Source: an uncultured Candidatus Saccharibacteria bacterium
Lineage (GTDB): Bacteria; Patescibacteriota; Doudnabacteria; UBA920
DNA length: 64,000 nt
NCBI GenBank assembly: GCA_964473815.1
Contig: CAYYQK010000005.1
Span: forward strand, 3,847 to 67,846
Reading direction: 5' to 3'
Part shown: positions 26,089-36,016 of the stretch, piece by piece
How positions within the stretch are numbered: the first letter of the stretch is position 1
How the letters are laid out: each line of letters opens with the position of its first letter
The notes under the pieces: generated by a model
What the model saw: only the letters and a program-made list of their open reading frames with translations
Told to the model about the DNA's origin: nothing
The model's database searches: none
Made by a program: the position numbers and the translations under genes

Positions 26089-29000
26089 TTATTGGCAGGC
26101 TTCACATTCCGGGTCGTCTAGACGGCAAAGCTTGAATGCGGTTTGGTCGAGGGTTGCAGCGCCGCCGGTATTCATAGAGAACCCAGCACTCATCGGCGAA
26201 ATTGGGGTTGGTTCTACTTTGTAGCTCACAGATTCTGTGACTGCTTCTGTGACAGTTTCACTTACGGTTTCTTCTACAACAGCGGCCATCATTTGTTCGG
26301 CAGCCATAACTGGTTCTTGAACTTGTGGCTGTACAGGTGCAACAGGTTGCGGTACTGGGTCGATGGCACCGGAAGGAATTTGATCTTCAACACGTTGACC
26401 TAATTTTGATTCTCCGCTTCGCAAGTGAGTTTTGCCAAATTCAGCGGCATTCACAGTAGACTTTTCTACCTGCGATGCAGCCAATGAACGCAAGTAGTAT
26501 GTAGTCTTCACACCCATATCGTAAGCGTAAATGTAAATGTCATTGATATCTTTACCACTCTTACCGCCGTAGAACACATTCAAACTTTGTGACTGATCAA
26601 TCCACTTACCGCGGAATGCTGCCGCGCGAATTAACCATTTGGCATCAACTTCAAAAACTTCTTTGTACTTATCTTTCAATTCCTGTGGGATGCCGGCGAT
26701 TTCACCAACACGGCCATCGTTAAATTTGAGCTGGGCGATCATATCGTCGTTCCACATACCGATCTTCTTCAAATCTTCCACCAAGTATTGATTAATAACC
26801 ACGAAGTCACCAGAGATATTGGCTTTTACATAAATGTTTTTGTAAATCGGTTCAATTGAAGGAATGGCACCAGAAATATTGGAAATAGTTGCAGTTGGAG
26901 CAATCGCCATGGTGTTTGAGTTACGCATGCCGTATTCAGCCACATGCTGACGAACTGGTGTCCAGTCCAAACGACCAGTGCGGGACACTGGAATTTCTTC
27001 ACCACGCTCTTGTTCCAGCAAAGCGATGGTGTCGACCGGGAAAATGCCCCGATCCCATTTACTGCCTCGGTAAGAAGAGTAAGCACCGCGTTCTTTGGCG
27101 AGCAAGCTTGAACCCATAATTGCGTAGTAAGACACTGCTTCCATGCTGTAGTCAGCAAATTCAACCATGGCTTCTGAATCAAAATTGATTCCTTGCTGGT
27201 AAAGCGCGTCGTGGAATCCCATGATACCCAAACCAACTGGACGGTGACGCAAATTTGAATTTTTTGCTTCAGGGGTTGGATAGAAATTTAAGTCGATAAC
27301 ATTATCGAGCATGCGCATTGCTGTGGTAACAGTGTACTGCAATTTTTCGACGTCAAACTGACCGCGGGCAATGTGACGGGCCAAGTTGATGGAACCCAAG
27401 TTACATACCGCAATTTCATCTTTGGAGGTGTTCAGCGTGATTTCAGTACAAAGGTTGGAGCTGTGAACTACACCAACGTGATCTTGTGGCGAACGAATAT
27501 TGCTTGGGTCTTTGAAAGTAATCCATGGGTGACCTGTTTCGAATAACATTGTGAGCATTTTCTTCCAAAGGTCACGCGCTTTCATTTGCTTGAAAAGCTT
27601 CAATTCACCAGCCATGCCTTTTTGTTCGTAGCGTTCGTACATGCGCTTGAATTCGCGGCCGTACAAGTCGTGCAGTTCCGGGGTTTCGTCGGGAGAGAAC
27701 AAAGACCACATCCCATCAGCTTTAACACGCTGCATGAACAAATCTGGAATCCAGTTGGAAGTGTTCATGTCATGAGTGCGGCGGCGTTCGTCACCAGTGT
27801 TTTTGCGAAGTTCCAAGAAATCTTCAATGTCATAGTGCCAAGTTTCAAGGTATGCGCAAGTCGCGCCGCGCTTGCGACCGCTGCGCGAAATTGCCACAGT
27901 TACGTCATTTGCAATTTTTAAGAATGGAATTACACCCTGGCTTTCAATACCGGCTTGCTTAATTAACGCACCAGTCGCGCGAAGCTTGCTCCAGTCATTA
28001 CCAAGCCCACCGCTCCATTTGGAGAGTTGAGCGTTGTCCCCGTAGGCTTTGAAAATATTTGCCAAATCATCTTCTACAGTTGTTAAATAACAAGATGATA
28101 GCTGGGAGTGGATCATACCCGAGTTAAACAAAGTTGGTGATGATGGCACAAAGTGCAAAGTCGAAATAACCCGGTAAAATTCTACGGCGCGGGCTTCTTT
28201 ATTTTCTTCGTTCAAAGACAAACCCATAGCGACACGCATCCAGAACATCTGTGGGGTTTCGAGTAATTCCTTGGTTTCTGGGATACGAGTAAAGTAGCGG
28301 TCGTTCAAAGTTTGTACAGCCAAGTAAGACAAAAGACTATCGCGATCGCGAACCAACTCAGAGGCAATATACTCTAAATTAAAAGTCAGCATGCGAGGGT
28401 CTAAACGACGGGCGGATACACCCTTGCTCACACAGCGGACAAACGCTTCTCGCAATTGTTCGTCTAACCGGTTGAAGTCAATGACATCTTGACCAATAAC
28501 TTCTTTGTAGAGTTTATTAGAAAGCGCGCGAGCAGCAACCGTTGAGTATGCTGGGTCACGTTCGATGAATGAGCGCAAAACCATGATAAGCGCTCGTTCA
28601 ATATCTGAAGTCTTAATGTCTTCATGAATTTCCAAACGCAATTGATTCATTACCATAGGTACGTCAATGCTGGCAGCTTCATCACCCAAAATCTTTTCCA
28701 AACTATTTTGCACTTTTGCAAGTGCAAAGGCTTCGGTCTTGCCATTGCGCTTGTGAACCATAATTTCCGCTTTGTCGATCTTCTCCAAAACTTCCTGCTT
28801 CTTTTCTTCGCGAACTTTGGTGTGCTCGTAGCGGTAAATAATATAAGCTTTGGCAACATCAAAAAGCTGAGCTTCCATCAGTTTCTTTTCAACAACGTTT
28901 TGCACGTCTTCTACCCCTGGCACACGCCCTTCGAACACAGTTTCGATTTCAGCAACAACCGCATCAGCAATTTGGTCGGTTAGCAAAGTATTGGCTTTGT

Positions 29001-29091
29001 AATTAACTTCTACGTAAGCGTGGTTGAGTGCGGATTTAATTTTCGCGGGATCAAACGGAACGGTCTCTCCGCTTCTTTTTTTAATTTCCAT
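26089..29091 (-). CDS. nrdA: Class I ribonucleotide reductase alpha subunit with two ATP cones
   Basis: IKKRSG and VHKRNG ATP cones; SSCY, SNLCTEI, APTA, TTYYLR motifs; C-terminal CEACQ. Confidence 0.97.
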   Translation of the reverse strand: MEIKKRSGETVPFDPAKIKSALNHAYVEVNYKANTLLTDQIADAVVAEIETVFEGRVPGVEDVQNVVEKKLMEAQLFDVAKAYIIYRYEHTKVREEKKQEVLEKIDKAEIMVHKRNGKTEAFALAKVQNSLEKILGDEAASIDVPMVMNQLRLEIHEDIKTSDIERALIMVLRSFIERDPAYSTVAARALSNKLYKEVIGQDVIDFNRLDEQLREAFVRCVSKGVSARRLDPRMLTFNLEYIASELVRDRDSLLSYLAVQTLNDRYFTRIPETKELLETPQMFWMRVAMGLSLNEENKEARAVEFYRVISTLHFVPSSPTLFNSGMIHSQLSSCYLTTVEDDLANIFKAYGDNAQLSKWSGGLGNDWSKLRATGALIKQAGIESQGVIPFLKIANDVTVAISRSGRKRGATCAYLETWHYDIEDFLELRKNTGDERRRTHDMNTSNWIPDLFMQRVKADGMWSLFSPDETPELHDLYGREFKRMYERYEQKGMAGELKLFKQMKARDLWKKMLTMLFETGHPWITFKDPSNIRSPQDHVGVVHSSNLCTEITLNTSKDEIAVCNLGSINLARHIARGQFDVEKLQYTVTTAMRMLDNVIDLNFYPTPEAKNSNLRHRPVGLGIMGFHDALYQQGINFDSEAMVEFADYSMEAVSYYAIMGSSLLAKERGAYSSYRGSKWDRGIFPVDTIALLEQERGEEIPVSRTGRLDWTPVRQHVAEYGMRNSNTMAIAPTATISNISGAIPSIEPIYKNIYVKANISGDFVVINQYLVEDLKKIGMWNDDMIAQLKFNDGRVGEIAGIPQELKDKYKEVFEVDAKWLIRAAAFRGKWIDQSQSLNVFYGGKSGKDINDIYIYAYDMGVKTTYYLRSLAASQVEKSTVNAAEFGKTHLRSGESKLGQRVEDQIPSGAIDPVPQPVAPVQPQVQEPVMAAEQMMAAVVEETVSETVTEAVTESVSYKVEPTPISPMSAGFSMNTGGAATLDQTAFKLCRLDDPECEACQ

Positions 29092-29135
29092 GGTTTCTTT
29101 GTTTCTAAATTATTGATATGAGTAAAATTTCGTTT

Positions 29136-29582
29136 CTAGAGTTTCAGAATCGCTTCCTTAAACTCTTCGATGTCTTCAAACTGTCGATACACACTGGCGA
29201 ACCTGATGTAAGCAACTTTGTCTACTTTTCGAATTGCCTTCATGATGATCTCGCCAATTGCATTACTGGTGATCTCTCCTCCGGAAGCTTTCTTCTGGAT
29301 TTCCTGTTCGACCGTGCCCAGGATTTTTTGGAAAGTTTGGTCAGTGTGCGGTCTTTTTTCAAAAGCCCGTCTCAGGCCCCGCTCTAGCTTTTCACGGCTA
29401 TACACCTGGCGAGTACCGTCACGTTTTAGCACAGTCAGATCGAGAATTTCGATTTGTTCATAAGTACTAAACCGGAACTCGCATTTCTCACATTCGCGAC
29501 GTCTTCGGATGGCTGCCGAATCTTCAGCTGGCCGGGAATCTACCACTTTTGTGTCACAATTTAAGCATTTGGGGCATTTCAT
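29136..29582 (-). CDS. nrdR: Transcriptional repressor NrdR
   Basis: CPKC, RRRRECEKC, RFSTYE and AYIRFASVY motifs. Confidence 0.98.
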   Translation of the reverse strand: MKCPKCLNCDTKVVDSRPAEDSAAIRRRRECEKCEFRFSTYEQIEILDLTVLKRDGTRQVYSREKLERGLRRAFEKRPHTDQTFQKILGTVEQEIQKKASGGEITSNAIGEIIMKAIRKVDKVAYIRFASVYRQFEDIEEFKEAILKL

Positions 29583-29596
29583 TGGGTTTTTGAAAA

Positions 29597-29644
29597 TTAC
29601 TAAATATAGTATGCGCTTCCTAATTATACCGCTACATGTAGGGT
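29597..29644 (-). promoter_or_regulatory. Tandem NrdR boxes
   Basis: atactatatttagtaa (29597-29612) and accctacatgtagcgg (29629-29644) on the minus strand; both fit acaCwAtATaTwGtg and are 32 bp apart. Confidence 0.75.
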
Positions 29645-29782
29645 TTCTCCAAAAATCAAAATTCCCTCGGAAATGAAATACTTTTTATTTTTTTGACGTT
29701 TTGCGACGGCAGTTATCCACAAAAAACCTGCCAGGCAGTAAATTGCTGGCAGGTATTGTTAAGTTAAAAAATTAGGAAAATT

Positions 29783-30061
29783 TTATAAGAACTTGGGAGT
29801 GGATTTCCGGGGTTTTTTGGAACTATTTTTTTCAGATTTCATCAGGTAGATCGCTACTCCGATGGCGATGAGCAACAGGATAATGCCACCTAGGCCGTAA
29901 ATCACACTGCTACTGGCCTGCTGCTGTGTGGCCTGCTCCAAAGTAGTCTCTCCTACCGGCTTATTGGTATGAGGATCAATTTCTTCTATGGTTCTTTGCA
30001 GAGGAGCCCGCTCGACTCCCTGGGCAGCCGACTGTGAATATGATGAAGATTGATTATTCAT
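29783..30061 (-). CDS. Small single-TM hypothetical protein
   Basis: ATG 30061 just after the upstream stop; one TM near the C-terminus. Confidence 0.55.
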   Translation of the reverse strand: MNNQSSSYSQSAAQGVERAPLQRTIEEIDPHTNKPVGETTLEQATQQQASSSVIYGLGGIILLLIAIGVAIYLMKSEKNSSKKPRKSTPKFL

Positions 30062-30069
30062 AATTCTAT

Positions 30070-31902
30070 TTATTCCAAAATTATATATGTTCCCTTTAAA
30101 GGCGCCCACGAACCGCCTGGTCCGCTGTAAAATGCTTCGCTAATCAATCCGCTGTCATAAGTCAGTGTTGCCCCGCCATCCATAGTGATTTGTTTTGCCG
30201 TTAGCGCTTTTAAAACACTGCCCCCACTTATATGCACATTTCCATCTTGGGCAATTAAAGCTACGGTGCCGGCTCCACCGGAAAGATAAATTGCATCATT
30301 CCCTGAGCAATTTGGGCCTGCGGGACAAGAGCTTGTTGTTATGACAAAAGGATAACTTCCAACGGCTCCTGAACCGGCAAAATTAGAGCCCCCTGTAAGA
30401 GTTACGTATCCATCCGTAACCAATACGCCACTATTACTTCCATAACTTGAATCAAGCTGAACTTTTCCACCATTACTTATGGTAATATTCCCATCCACCC
30501 AAACAGTTCCTGTCATTATCAAAGTGCCGCCGCCATTAACAGTTAAGTTACCCGTGATATGAGTAGGCCCCAATGTCGCCCCCGCAAATCCAACCGTAAC
30601 ATTACCGCTGGTCACTCCTCCAGCAGCTGCATCATTTTTCCAATCAGTGATGTTGTTGTCCGACAAAGGTAGAGGGGTTTGGGGAGGATCGCCTTGGGTG
30701 GTGTCACAACTCTTGTTAGTAAAGCTTGAGGTTTGGCAATATAAATACCCGGATAGTGTTGCTCCCATTACATTATGCCCCCAACCCTGATCATTTGAAG
30801 ATGTACCTATATACACGCCAGTATTGTATGAGTTCCCTCCAATATAGGAATATCCACCCCCTAAACTCAATCGGAAATATCCATCTAATCCGTTTGGTGA
30901 GGTATTAGACCATGCTCCCGTGCTTTGACGACCAATTTTTGCTGTCCCGTTTGCATAACCGTTAGAATTTGCGCCAATAATGTAGTAATTACTGGAATTA
31001 GAGCTCCCATCGATTACAAGCCAATAAGTTAAACTTGGATCCAGAACTGGAGTAGTTGGTAAAGACACCGTAACCCATCCAAAACTGGTAGTGACCGAGG
31101 ACGATGACAAAGTCGCCGATAGCAAAGTAGTTGAACCAGGCGAACCTGAGTTGTCCGTCACTATTCGAACCGTTTCATTCCCAGGATTCCCATTCTTCTT
31201 CATGAAGAATTGTACATTGGAAGTCGGGATTGAATCGGAGATTTTGAAACTTTGGGCAAAGTCTTCTGTCGCGCTTGCATTCCCAAAAGTAACACAGCTA
31301 GTGGAACTACACGAAGAAATACTTGCTGGTTGGTCATTGCTCTGGTCAACCGTTAAAGCAGAAGGATTTGCCGCAATGGCGCTACCTGTAATATGAACTC
31401 CCGTAGTAGCACTAATATTACCGTTAGAATACACACTCCCATTTATTGTTGACCCACCTGTTAAACTAAAGCCACCTGCCCCAGCCTGTACGCCATATCT
31501 AAATGAGATAACATTTGAGTTAATACCCACCTGAGTTTTTATTGTAATCTGAGAGGTTGGATTTGTGCTGTTTGGAATGTAAGCGGTGGAAGTAATTAAT
31601 TTATTTGTTGAATTAATATTTGAGATGGTTGTTGTGTAGGTTCCAGCACCCACAGCCACATTTGATTCTCCTGAAAAAGAAGAGCCTTGATTTAACTGAT
31701 AAATAGCTTTATCTAAACCCGCCTCCGCTATATTGAGTAACTGCACTTTCGCAACAGTATTGCGACTGGCTTTTATTTGAACAAACGTAGTTCCCCACAC
31801 TGCAACTGATAAAACAACCAGTACAGACATGACTATAATGCCAATGATCATTAAAGCACCGGATTCTGAGTTGATATTCAATTTATGTTTTTGAATAGTC
31901 AT
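30070..31902 (-). CDS. PilX-like type IV pilus assembly/tip protein
   Basis: SGALMIIGII pilin-like N-terminus, NIAEAGL motif, Gly/Ser/Thr-rich beta repeats. Confidence 0.75.
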   Translation of the reverse strand: MTIQKHKLNINSESGALMIIGIIVMSVLVVLSVAVWGTTFVQIKASRNTVAKVQLLNIAEAGLDKAIYQLNQGSSFSGESNVAVGAGTYTTTISNINSTNKLITSTAYIPNSTNPTSQITIKTQVGINSNVISFRYGVQAGAGGFSLTGGSTINGSVYSNGNISATTGVHITGSAIAANPSALTVDQSNDQPASISSCSSTSCVTFGNASATEDFAQSFKISDSIPTSNVQFFMKKNGNPGNETVRIVTDNSGSPGSTTLLSATLSSSSVTTSFGWVTVSLPTTPVLDPSLTYWLVIDGSSNSSNYYIIGANSNGYANGTAKIGRQSTGAWSNTSPNGLDGYFRLSLGGGYSYIGGNSYNTGVYIGTSSNDQGWGHNVMGATLSGYLYCQTSSFTNKSCDTTQGDPPQTPLPLSDNNITDWKNDAAAGGVTSGNVTVGFAGATLGPTHITGNLTVNGGGTLIMTGTVWVDGNITISNGGKVQLDSSYGSNSGVLVTDGYVTLTGGSNFAGSGAVGSYPFVITTSSCPAGPNCSGNDAIYLSGGAGTVALIAQDGNVHISGGSVLKALTAKQITMDGGATLTYDSGLISEAFYSGPGGSWAPLKGTYIILE

Positions 31903-31904
31903 AA

Positions 31905-32462
31905 TTATTGATTTCTCAAAAAGATCACATCGTTTAAATGACTAGTTACTGTTGAAACATTTCGTACCGAGGCTTGCGTCTGCAAATCGACAGTTACTGT
32001 ATCGGCTGCAGCAGGGCTGGCATTATTGTAGGTGAAACTTAAAGAACTAACATTTTCACTAAGTAATTTTGTACCAGCATGTCGGGCACTGCTACCATTG
32101 GTTTGAATAAGTTGGTAAAGGGAGTTATTTGCTAAATAATAAATGACGTAATCACTGCCGTTGCTTATAATATTTCCATTACTGTCAAAAGCTGGAAGTT
32201 GTAGAACCAAAGTATGATTATCTGTAGTATAATTGGTACTACCAAAAGTTATGCTGCTTAATATATGGGAAGCCTGTGCAATGTACTTAGTCATGCTATT
32301 AAAAGCCTGGCGGGTACCGTCGGTTGTCTGTACCTCTGCCCTTTCCTGAAAATATACTTTGTTGTGCCATTCAAAAAGATTAAGCAACGCCACCATCAAA
32401 AAGGAAAAAATTCCTATGACAATAATAACTTCAATGAGTGTAAAACCTTTTTGGGATCTCAT
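31905..32462 (-). CDS. Type IV minor pilin (PilW-like)
   Basis: KGFTLIEV prepilin cleavage motif. Confidence 0.88.
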   Translation of the reverse strand: MRSQKGFTLIEVIIVIGIFSFLMVALLNLFEWHNKVYFQERAEVQTTDGTRQAFNSMTKYIAQASHILSSITFGSTNYTTDNHTLVLQLPAFDSNGNIISNGSDYVIYYLANNSLYQLIQTNGSSARHAGTKLLSENVSSLSFTYNNASPAAADTVTVDLQTQASVRNVSTVTSHLNDVIFLRNQ

Positions 32463-32860
32463 TGTCCGATCCCTCCTTGAGTGATGTAAGTTTCCAAATC
32501 TACGCTTTGAGTTTGGTTAGTCTGTTGATTCAAATAAGTAACTGTGACTTTGACATCTTTGGTTTTAGAATTTAAATCTGTCACAGTAATATTTCCGGCC
32601 CCATTTGGAATTTCTGACATTTGTGAATCTGTGAATGAGCCTGTGGACGGTAACGAAGCGAAGCTGGTCGTGCGTAAGCTTTGCATTTTTTTATCAGCAA
32701 TCCTTAAAGCCGACTCGCGATAGCGATTCATTCTATTAGTCACGACGGTTTTGGAGGTAGCTTCATACAAAACCAAAGACACTCCGATTAAAAAAACCGT
32801 GACCAAGACTTCTATCAAAGTGAAGCCATTTTGAATTGGAGTATTTTTATTTGCCTGCAC
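32459..32860 (-). CDS. Type IV minor pilin (PilV-like)
   Basis: NGFTLIEV prepilin cleavage motif. Confidence 0.88.
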   Translation of the reverse strand: MQANKNTPIQNGFTLIEVLVTVFLIGVSLVLYEATSKTVVTNRMNRYRESALRIADKKMQSLRTTSFASLPSTGSFTDSQMSEIPNGAGNITVTDLNSKTKDVKVTVTYLNQQTNQTQSVDLETYITQGGIGQ

Positions 32861-33001
32861 TTTTCCTTATTTTGTTTCTATTTGCCGCCGATCGCCCATT
32901 GTCTACTTTTATATATAGTAGCATATTTAGGTGATAATCGGGGTTTGAAGGCTTGATTTTTTGGCCTAGATTTGCTAAAATGCCTGAGTACAATTTCATA
33001 T

Positions 33002-33299
33002 TCGGGAGTAGCTCAGTGGTAGAGCAATCGGCTGTGTCACAAACCATACGCAGCCCTGAATGGTAACATTTAGGTGATAACGAGGTGAATTGCTGGAAGC
33101 CTGTTTGCCGAAAGGCAATGGTAATCAGCAGCCAAGCTACTTAGTAGAAGGTTCAGAGACTATCCGCAAGGAGTACTGCGACTAGTTCGCGGGAAGCGCC
33201 TCGCATCCTAAGGGATGATGATATAGTCCACCCCTTTTCGAAAGATTAGGATAATGTGTAACCGATCGGTCCTGGGTTCGAATCCCAGCTCCCGAGCCA
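33002..33299 (+). tRNA. tRNA-Asn(GUU) interrupted by a group I intron; exons 33002-33035 and 33259-33299
   Basis: Acceptor TCGGGAG/CTCCCGA with G73 and CCA; D arm gctcagtggtagagc; anticodon stem atcgg/ccgat; loop ctgt|taa; T arm ctgggttcgaatcccag. Confidence 0.92.
33036..33258 (+). ncRNA. Group I self-splicing intron (223 nt, no ORF) at tRNA position 35/36
   Basis: Core elements P gaattgctggaa, Q aatcagcagcc, R gttcagagacta, S gatatagtcc; P1 ggctgt/gcagcc with U-G at the splice site; terminal G at 33258. Confidence 0.92.
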
Positions 33300-33301
33300 A
33301 C

Positions 33302-33333
33302 AAAAAACCACTAACTTGTTTAGCGGTTTTTTT
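33302..33333 (+). terminator. Terminator after the tRNA
   Basis: aaaaaccactaa...ttagcggtttttt. Confidence 0.65.
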
Positions 33334-33349
33334 GTTATTAAACTCTAGC

Positions 33350-33775
33350 TTAAGCTTTCTCTCGGCAATCAATCATCCATTCGATTCCGTATTTGTCTCG
33401 GAAGGAACCAAAGTAAGAACCCCAAGGGCTTTGGTTCATTGGTGATTCAACTTCTCCATCAGCAGACAACCCCTCGAACAAGCGATCTGCTTCTTCGCGG
33501 CTCTCCGCGCCAATTAAAATTTTGCTTCGGTTCTCGCGCTCGTTGGTCTTGCCCATAAACGCAGGAACATCGTTTCCCATCAACATAGTTGGTCCAATGG
33601 GTAAGGCAATGTGCATCAGTTTTTCTTTTTCTTCTTCTGGAACTTCAAATCCTGGATTTGGAATATCTTTAAAGCGAGTGAGGTCTACAAGTTCGCCACC
33701 GAAAACAGATTTGTAAAACTCAAATGCTTCTTCGGCATTGCCGTTAAAGTTCACATGCGGATGTATTGTTATCAT
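33350..33775 (-). CDS. VOC/PhnB-like (glyoxalase superfamily) protein
   Basis: FNGNAEEAFEFYKSVFGG and PWGSYFG...DKYGIEW motifs. Confidence 0.88.
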   Translation of the reverse strand: MITIHPHVNFNGNAEEAFEFYKSVFGGELVDLTRFKDIPNPGFEVPEEEKEKLMHIALPIGPTMLMGNDVPAFMGKTNERENRSKILIGAESREEADRLFEGLSADGEVESPMNQSPWGSYFGSFRDKYGIEWMIDCREKA

Positions 33776-33868
33776 AATTTAGCTTTTAATATTATATTGA
33801 TATTACCATTTTCTACATGATATTTCTATTATGCCTGATTCTCTAGTTTAGTTATTTTTTGTTATAGT

Positions 33869-34201
33869 ATGTACATGTCTACCCACATCTCAAAGATTTC
33901 CGGCGGCACTGCCCACAAATTACCACCCGACTTAAAAACTGCATTATCCAAAGACAAAAAATCTTTAGCTATTTGGGAAACTCTTACCCCACTCGCCCGC
34001 AACGAATGGATCTGTTGGGATATTTTTCCTAAACAAGAAAAAACGAGAAACGAACATATTAAGCGCACTGTTACGGAACTCAAACAAGGAAAGCGCCGAC
34101 CCTGCTGCTGGATTGGCTGTATTCACCGAAAGGACAAAGAAATTTCTCCGTCAATAAAAGCGGTACTCGCCGGGACGCTCGGCAAGGCAAAGAAAAAATA
34201 A
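33869..34201 (+). CDS. YdeI/OmpD-associated family protein
   Basis: LPPDL, LTPLARNEWICW and GKRRPCCW motifs. Confidence 0.8.
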   Translation: MYMSTHISKISGGTAHKLPPDLKTALSKDKKSLAIWETLTPLARNEWICWDIFPKQEKTRNEHIKRTVTELKQGKRRPCCWIGCIHRKDKEISPSIKAVLAGTLGKAKKK

Positions 34202-34246
34202 AAATCGCCAGAACGGCGACTTTTTATTTATATGCGTTTAGGCACT

Positions 34247-35320
34247 TTAAATATTCAACTGAGTTACCATGCGTTTCGTAGAAAGATCCTGACTTGGCAA
34301 GGCGCGATCAAAAGAATTGGCCGGGACCTGCTCTTCAATCCAATAGCCATACGAATTAAATACATCCATATTAGAAAATGTGTATCGCCCACCAGCCTTA
34401 ACAACGAATAACGTCCCATGATCATTCACCAAAGTGCCCGATGGATGGGCCTGTTCAGTACTACCAATATTTTGTTCGTTGACCATAAATGAAGTATCAC
34501 CCGGATAAACATTTTTAAACTGATATCCTAGTTTCAAAAATACATCAGATGAAGTAAACCCAGCCCGTAATCCGTTGGTGATTAAATACACGGTGCCGTG
34601 GTCGTTTATTAATGCACCATCACGCGGCGGAATATAATAGGTCACTGGTGCACTGGCTCCATTTGGTGTGTAGTTAGTCAGTGGTAAATTCATATCAGCC
34701 TGATTCGCCTTCTTGACCTCTGACCATTTATTAAATCGGTAGGATAAAAATGCGCCTGCAGAAGTGTAAGGGCTACGACGGCCGCCAGTTTCAATATGAT
34801 AAACCGTGCCATCTGTTCCTAAAATATTTGTCCCAGGATCATGCGCGCCAGTATTCTGATCGGGTATATTTGGCGTCGCAGGATCAGTAGTTTTGTTTGC
34901 GCCACTCACTGTAAAGTACCCATCAGAAATTCCCTGGGCACTAAAATCAGGGGCTTTGTATACTACAAACTTATAATAATTTGCCTGAACGGCGTTTCCG
35001 CCATCACTCTTTGAAACATCAACAGTCCAAGTGTAAGTACCATTATTTGAAATTGGGGTTGGGGTTAAATTGAAAAATGCCTGATTCACGTCATCATAAA
35101 CCGAAGTGTTATCCTTATAACCCAAAACTGCTAAGTAAACTTGCGGGATTGTCCCATTTGTAGTCCAAGTGACCGTGACTTGCTGTCCTTGTGAAAAATT
35201 CTTTCCACCCATCAGACTAGTGATGGTAAAAGACTCTCCGGACGCAGCTATGGCTGGTTGAGGAAATAATACAACCAAAGCGAATAAACCAATTGCAAGT
35301 TTTGAAATTATATTTCTCAT
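34247..35320 (-). CDS. Secreted surface protein with an Ig-like domain and three C-terminal G-T/A-L-x-N-D-H-G-T-V-Y-like repeats
   Basis: Signal peptide; NNGTYTWTV; repeats HDPGTNI, RDGALINDHGTVYLI, HPSGTLVNDHGTLFVV. Confidence 0.75.
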   Translation of the reverse strand: MRNIISKLAIGLFALVVLFPQPAIAASGESFTITSLMGGKNFSQGQQVTVTWTTNGTIPQVYLAVLGYKDNTSVYDDVNQAFFNLTPTPISNNGTYTWTVDVSKSDGGNAVQANYYKFVVYKAPDFSAQGISDGYFTVSGANKTTDPATPNIPDQNTGAHDPGTNILGTDGTVYHIETGGRRSPYTSAGAFLSYRFNKWSEVKKANQADMNLPLTNYTPNGASAPVTYYIPPRDGALINDHGTVYLITNGLRAGFTSSDVFLKLGYQFKNVYPGDTSFMVNEQNIGSTEQAHPSGTLVNDHGTLFVVKAGGRYTFSNMDVFNSYGYWIEEQVPANSFDRALPSQDLSTKRMVTQLNI

Positions 35321-35384
35321 AAAAGTTAAATAATGTTAGTTATATTATATCACCTTTTAAGTCAATTTGTGCTAGAATAGGCTT

Positions 35385-35588
35385 ATGGAACACGAAACAT
35401 TCTGGAGCCTGCTCAGAGATCCCGCGCATTGGTATTTTGAACTTTTCCTAATTCTGATTTTCGACATTCTGATCGGTGCCTTAATTTGGCCCCGACTCAG
35501 GAAATCTTTTACTCATCATAAAGAAGATGATGAGCGCATCGACGAATTAGAAAAGCGCATCAAACAACTCGAAGACTCCCAGCGATAA
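35385..35588 (+). CDS. Small membrane protein
   Basis: 67 aa; one TM and a coiled-coil tail. Confidence 0.6.
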   Translation: MEHETFWSLLRDPAHWYFELFLILIFDILIGALIWPRLRKSFTHHKEDDERIDELEKRIKQLEDSQR

Positions 35589-35638
35589 TTATATCGCTCA
35601 CAATACCGCCGGAAGGCGGTTTTTGTTATACTACCCCT

Positions 35639-35998
35639 ATGGACGCCCTAAAAGATCAGATCTACATACTCGAAACCCAGCTTTTACATGCTGATGTACG
35701 CAATTCACGCACTGCTCTTGATGAACTTCTTTCGGAAGATTTTTTGGAGTTCGCCGGAAGTGGAAATATTTTCGACAAGAAAAAAATCCTCGATAGCCTG
35801 CCTGGCGCCCCGACACCGCATTTCATCATGCATGACTTTGCTATCCATGAACTGTCACCGGTTTTAATTCTTGCTACCTATAAAATGGAAAAACAAGATA
35901 ACGACAGCGAATTTTCACTGCGCAGTTCGATTTGGCAAAAGGAACAAAATGCCTGGAAAATGCGTTTCCACCAAGGGACAATTTTAACTAAACAATAA
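35639..35998 (+). CDS. DUF4440/NTF2-like protein
   Basis: LLSEDFLEFAGSG and SLRSSIW...WKMRFHQGT motifs. Confidence 0.82.
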   Translation: MDALKDQIYILETQLLHADVRNSRTALDELLSEDFLEFAGSGNIFDKKKILDSLPGAPTPHFIMHDFAIHELSPVLILATYKMEKQDNDSEFSLRSSIWQKEQNAWKMRFHQGTILTKQ

Positions 35999-36016
35999 TT
36001 ATTAATCACTACTTTT

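Noticed and set aside
33034-33256. Alternative splicing giving tRNA-Thr(UGU) with an intron at 33/34
   Set aside because: P1 pairing places the U-G pair at U35, and U1-A72 with G73 fits Asn rather than Thr.
32847-33445. Short ORFs overlapping the tRNA and intron (possible homing endonuclease)
   Set aside because: The intron is only 223 nt, and the ORFs have no LAGLIDADG, HNH or GIY-YIG motif.
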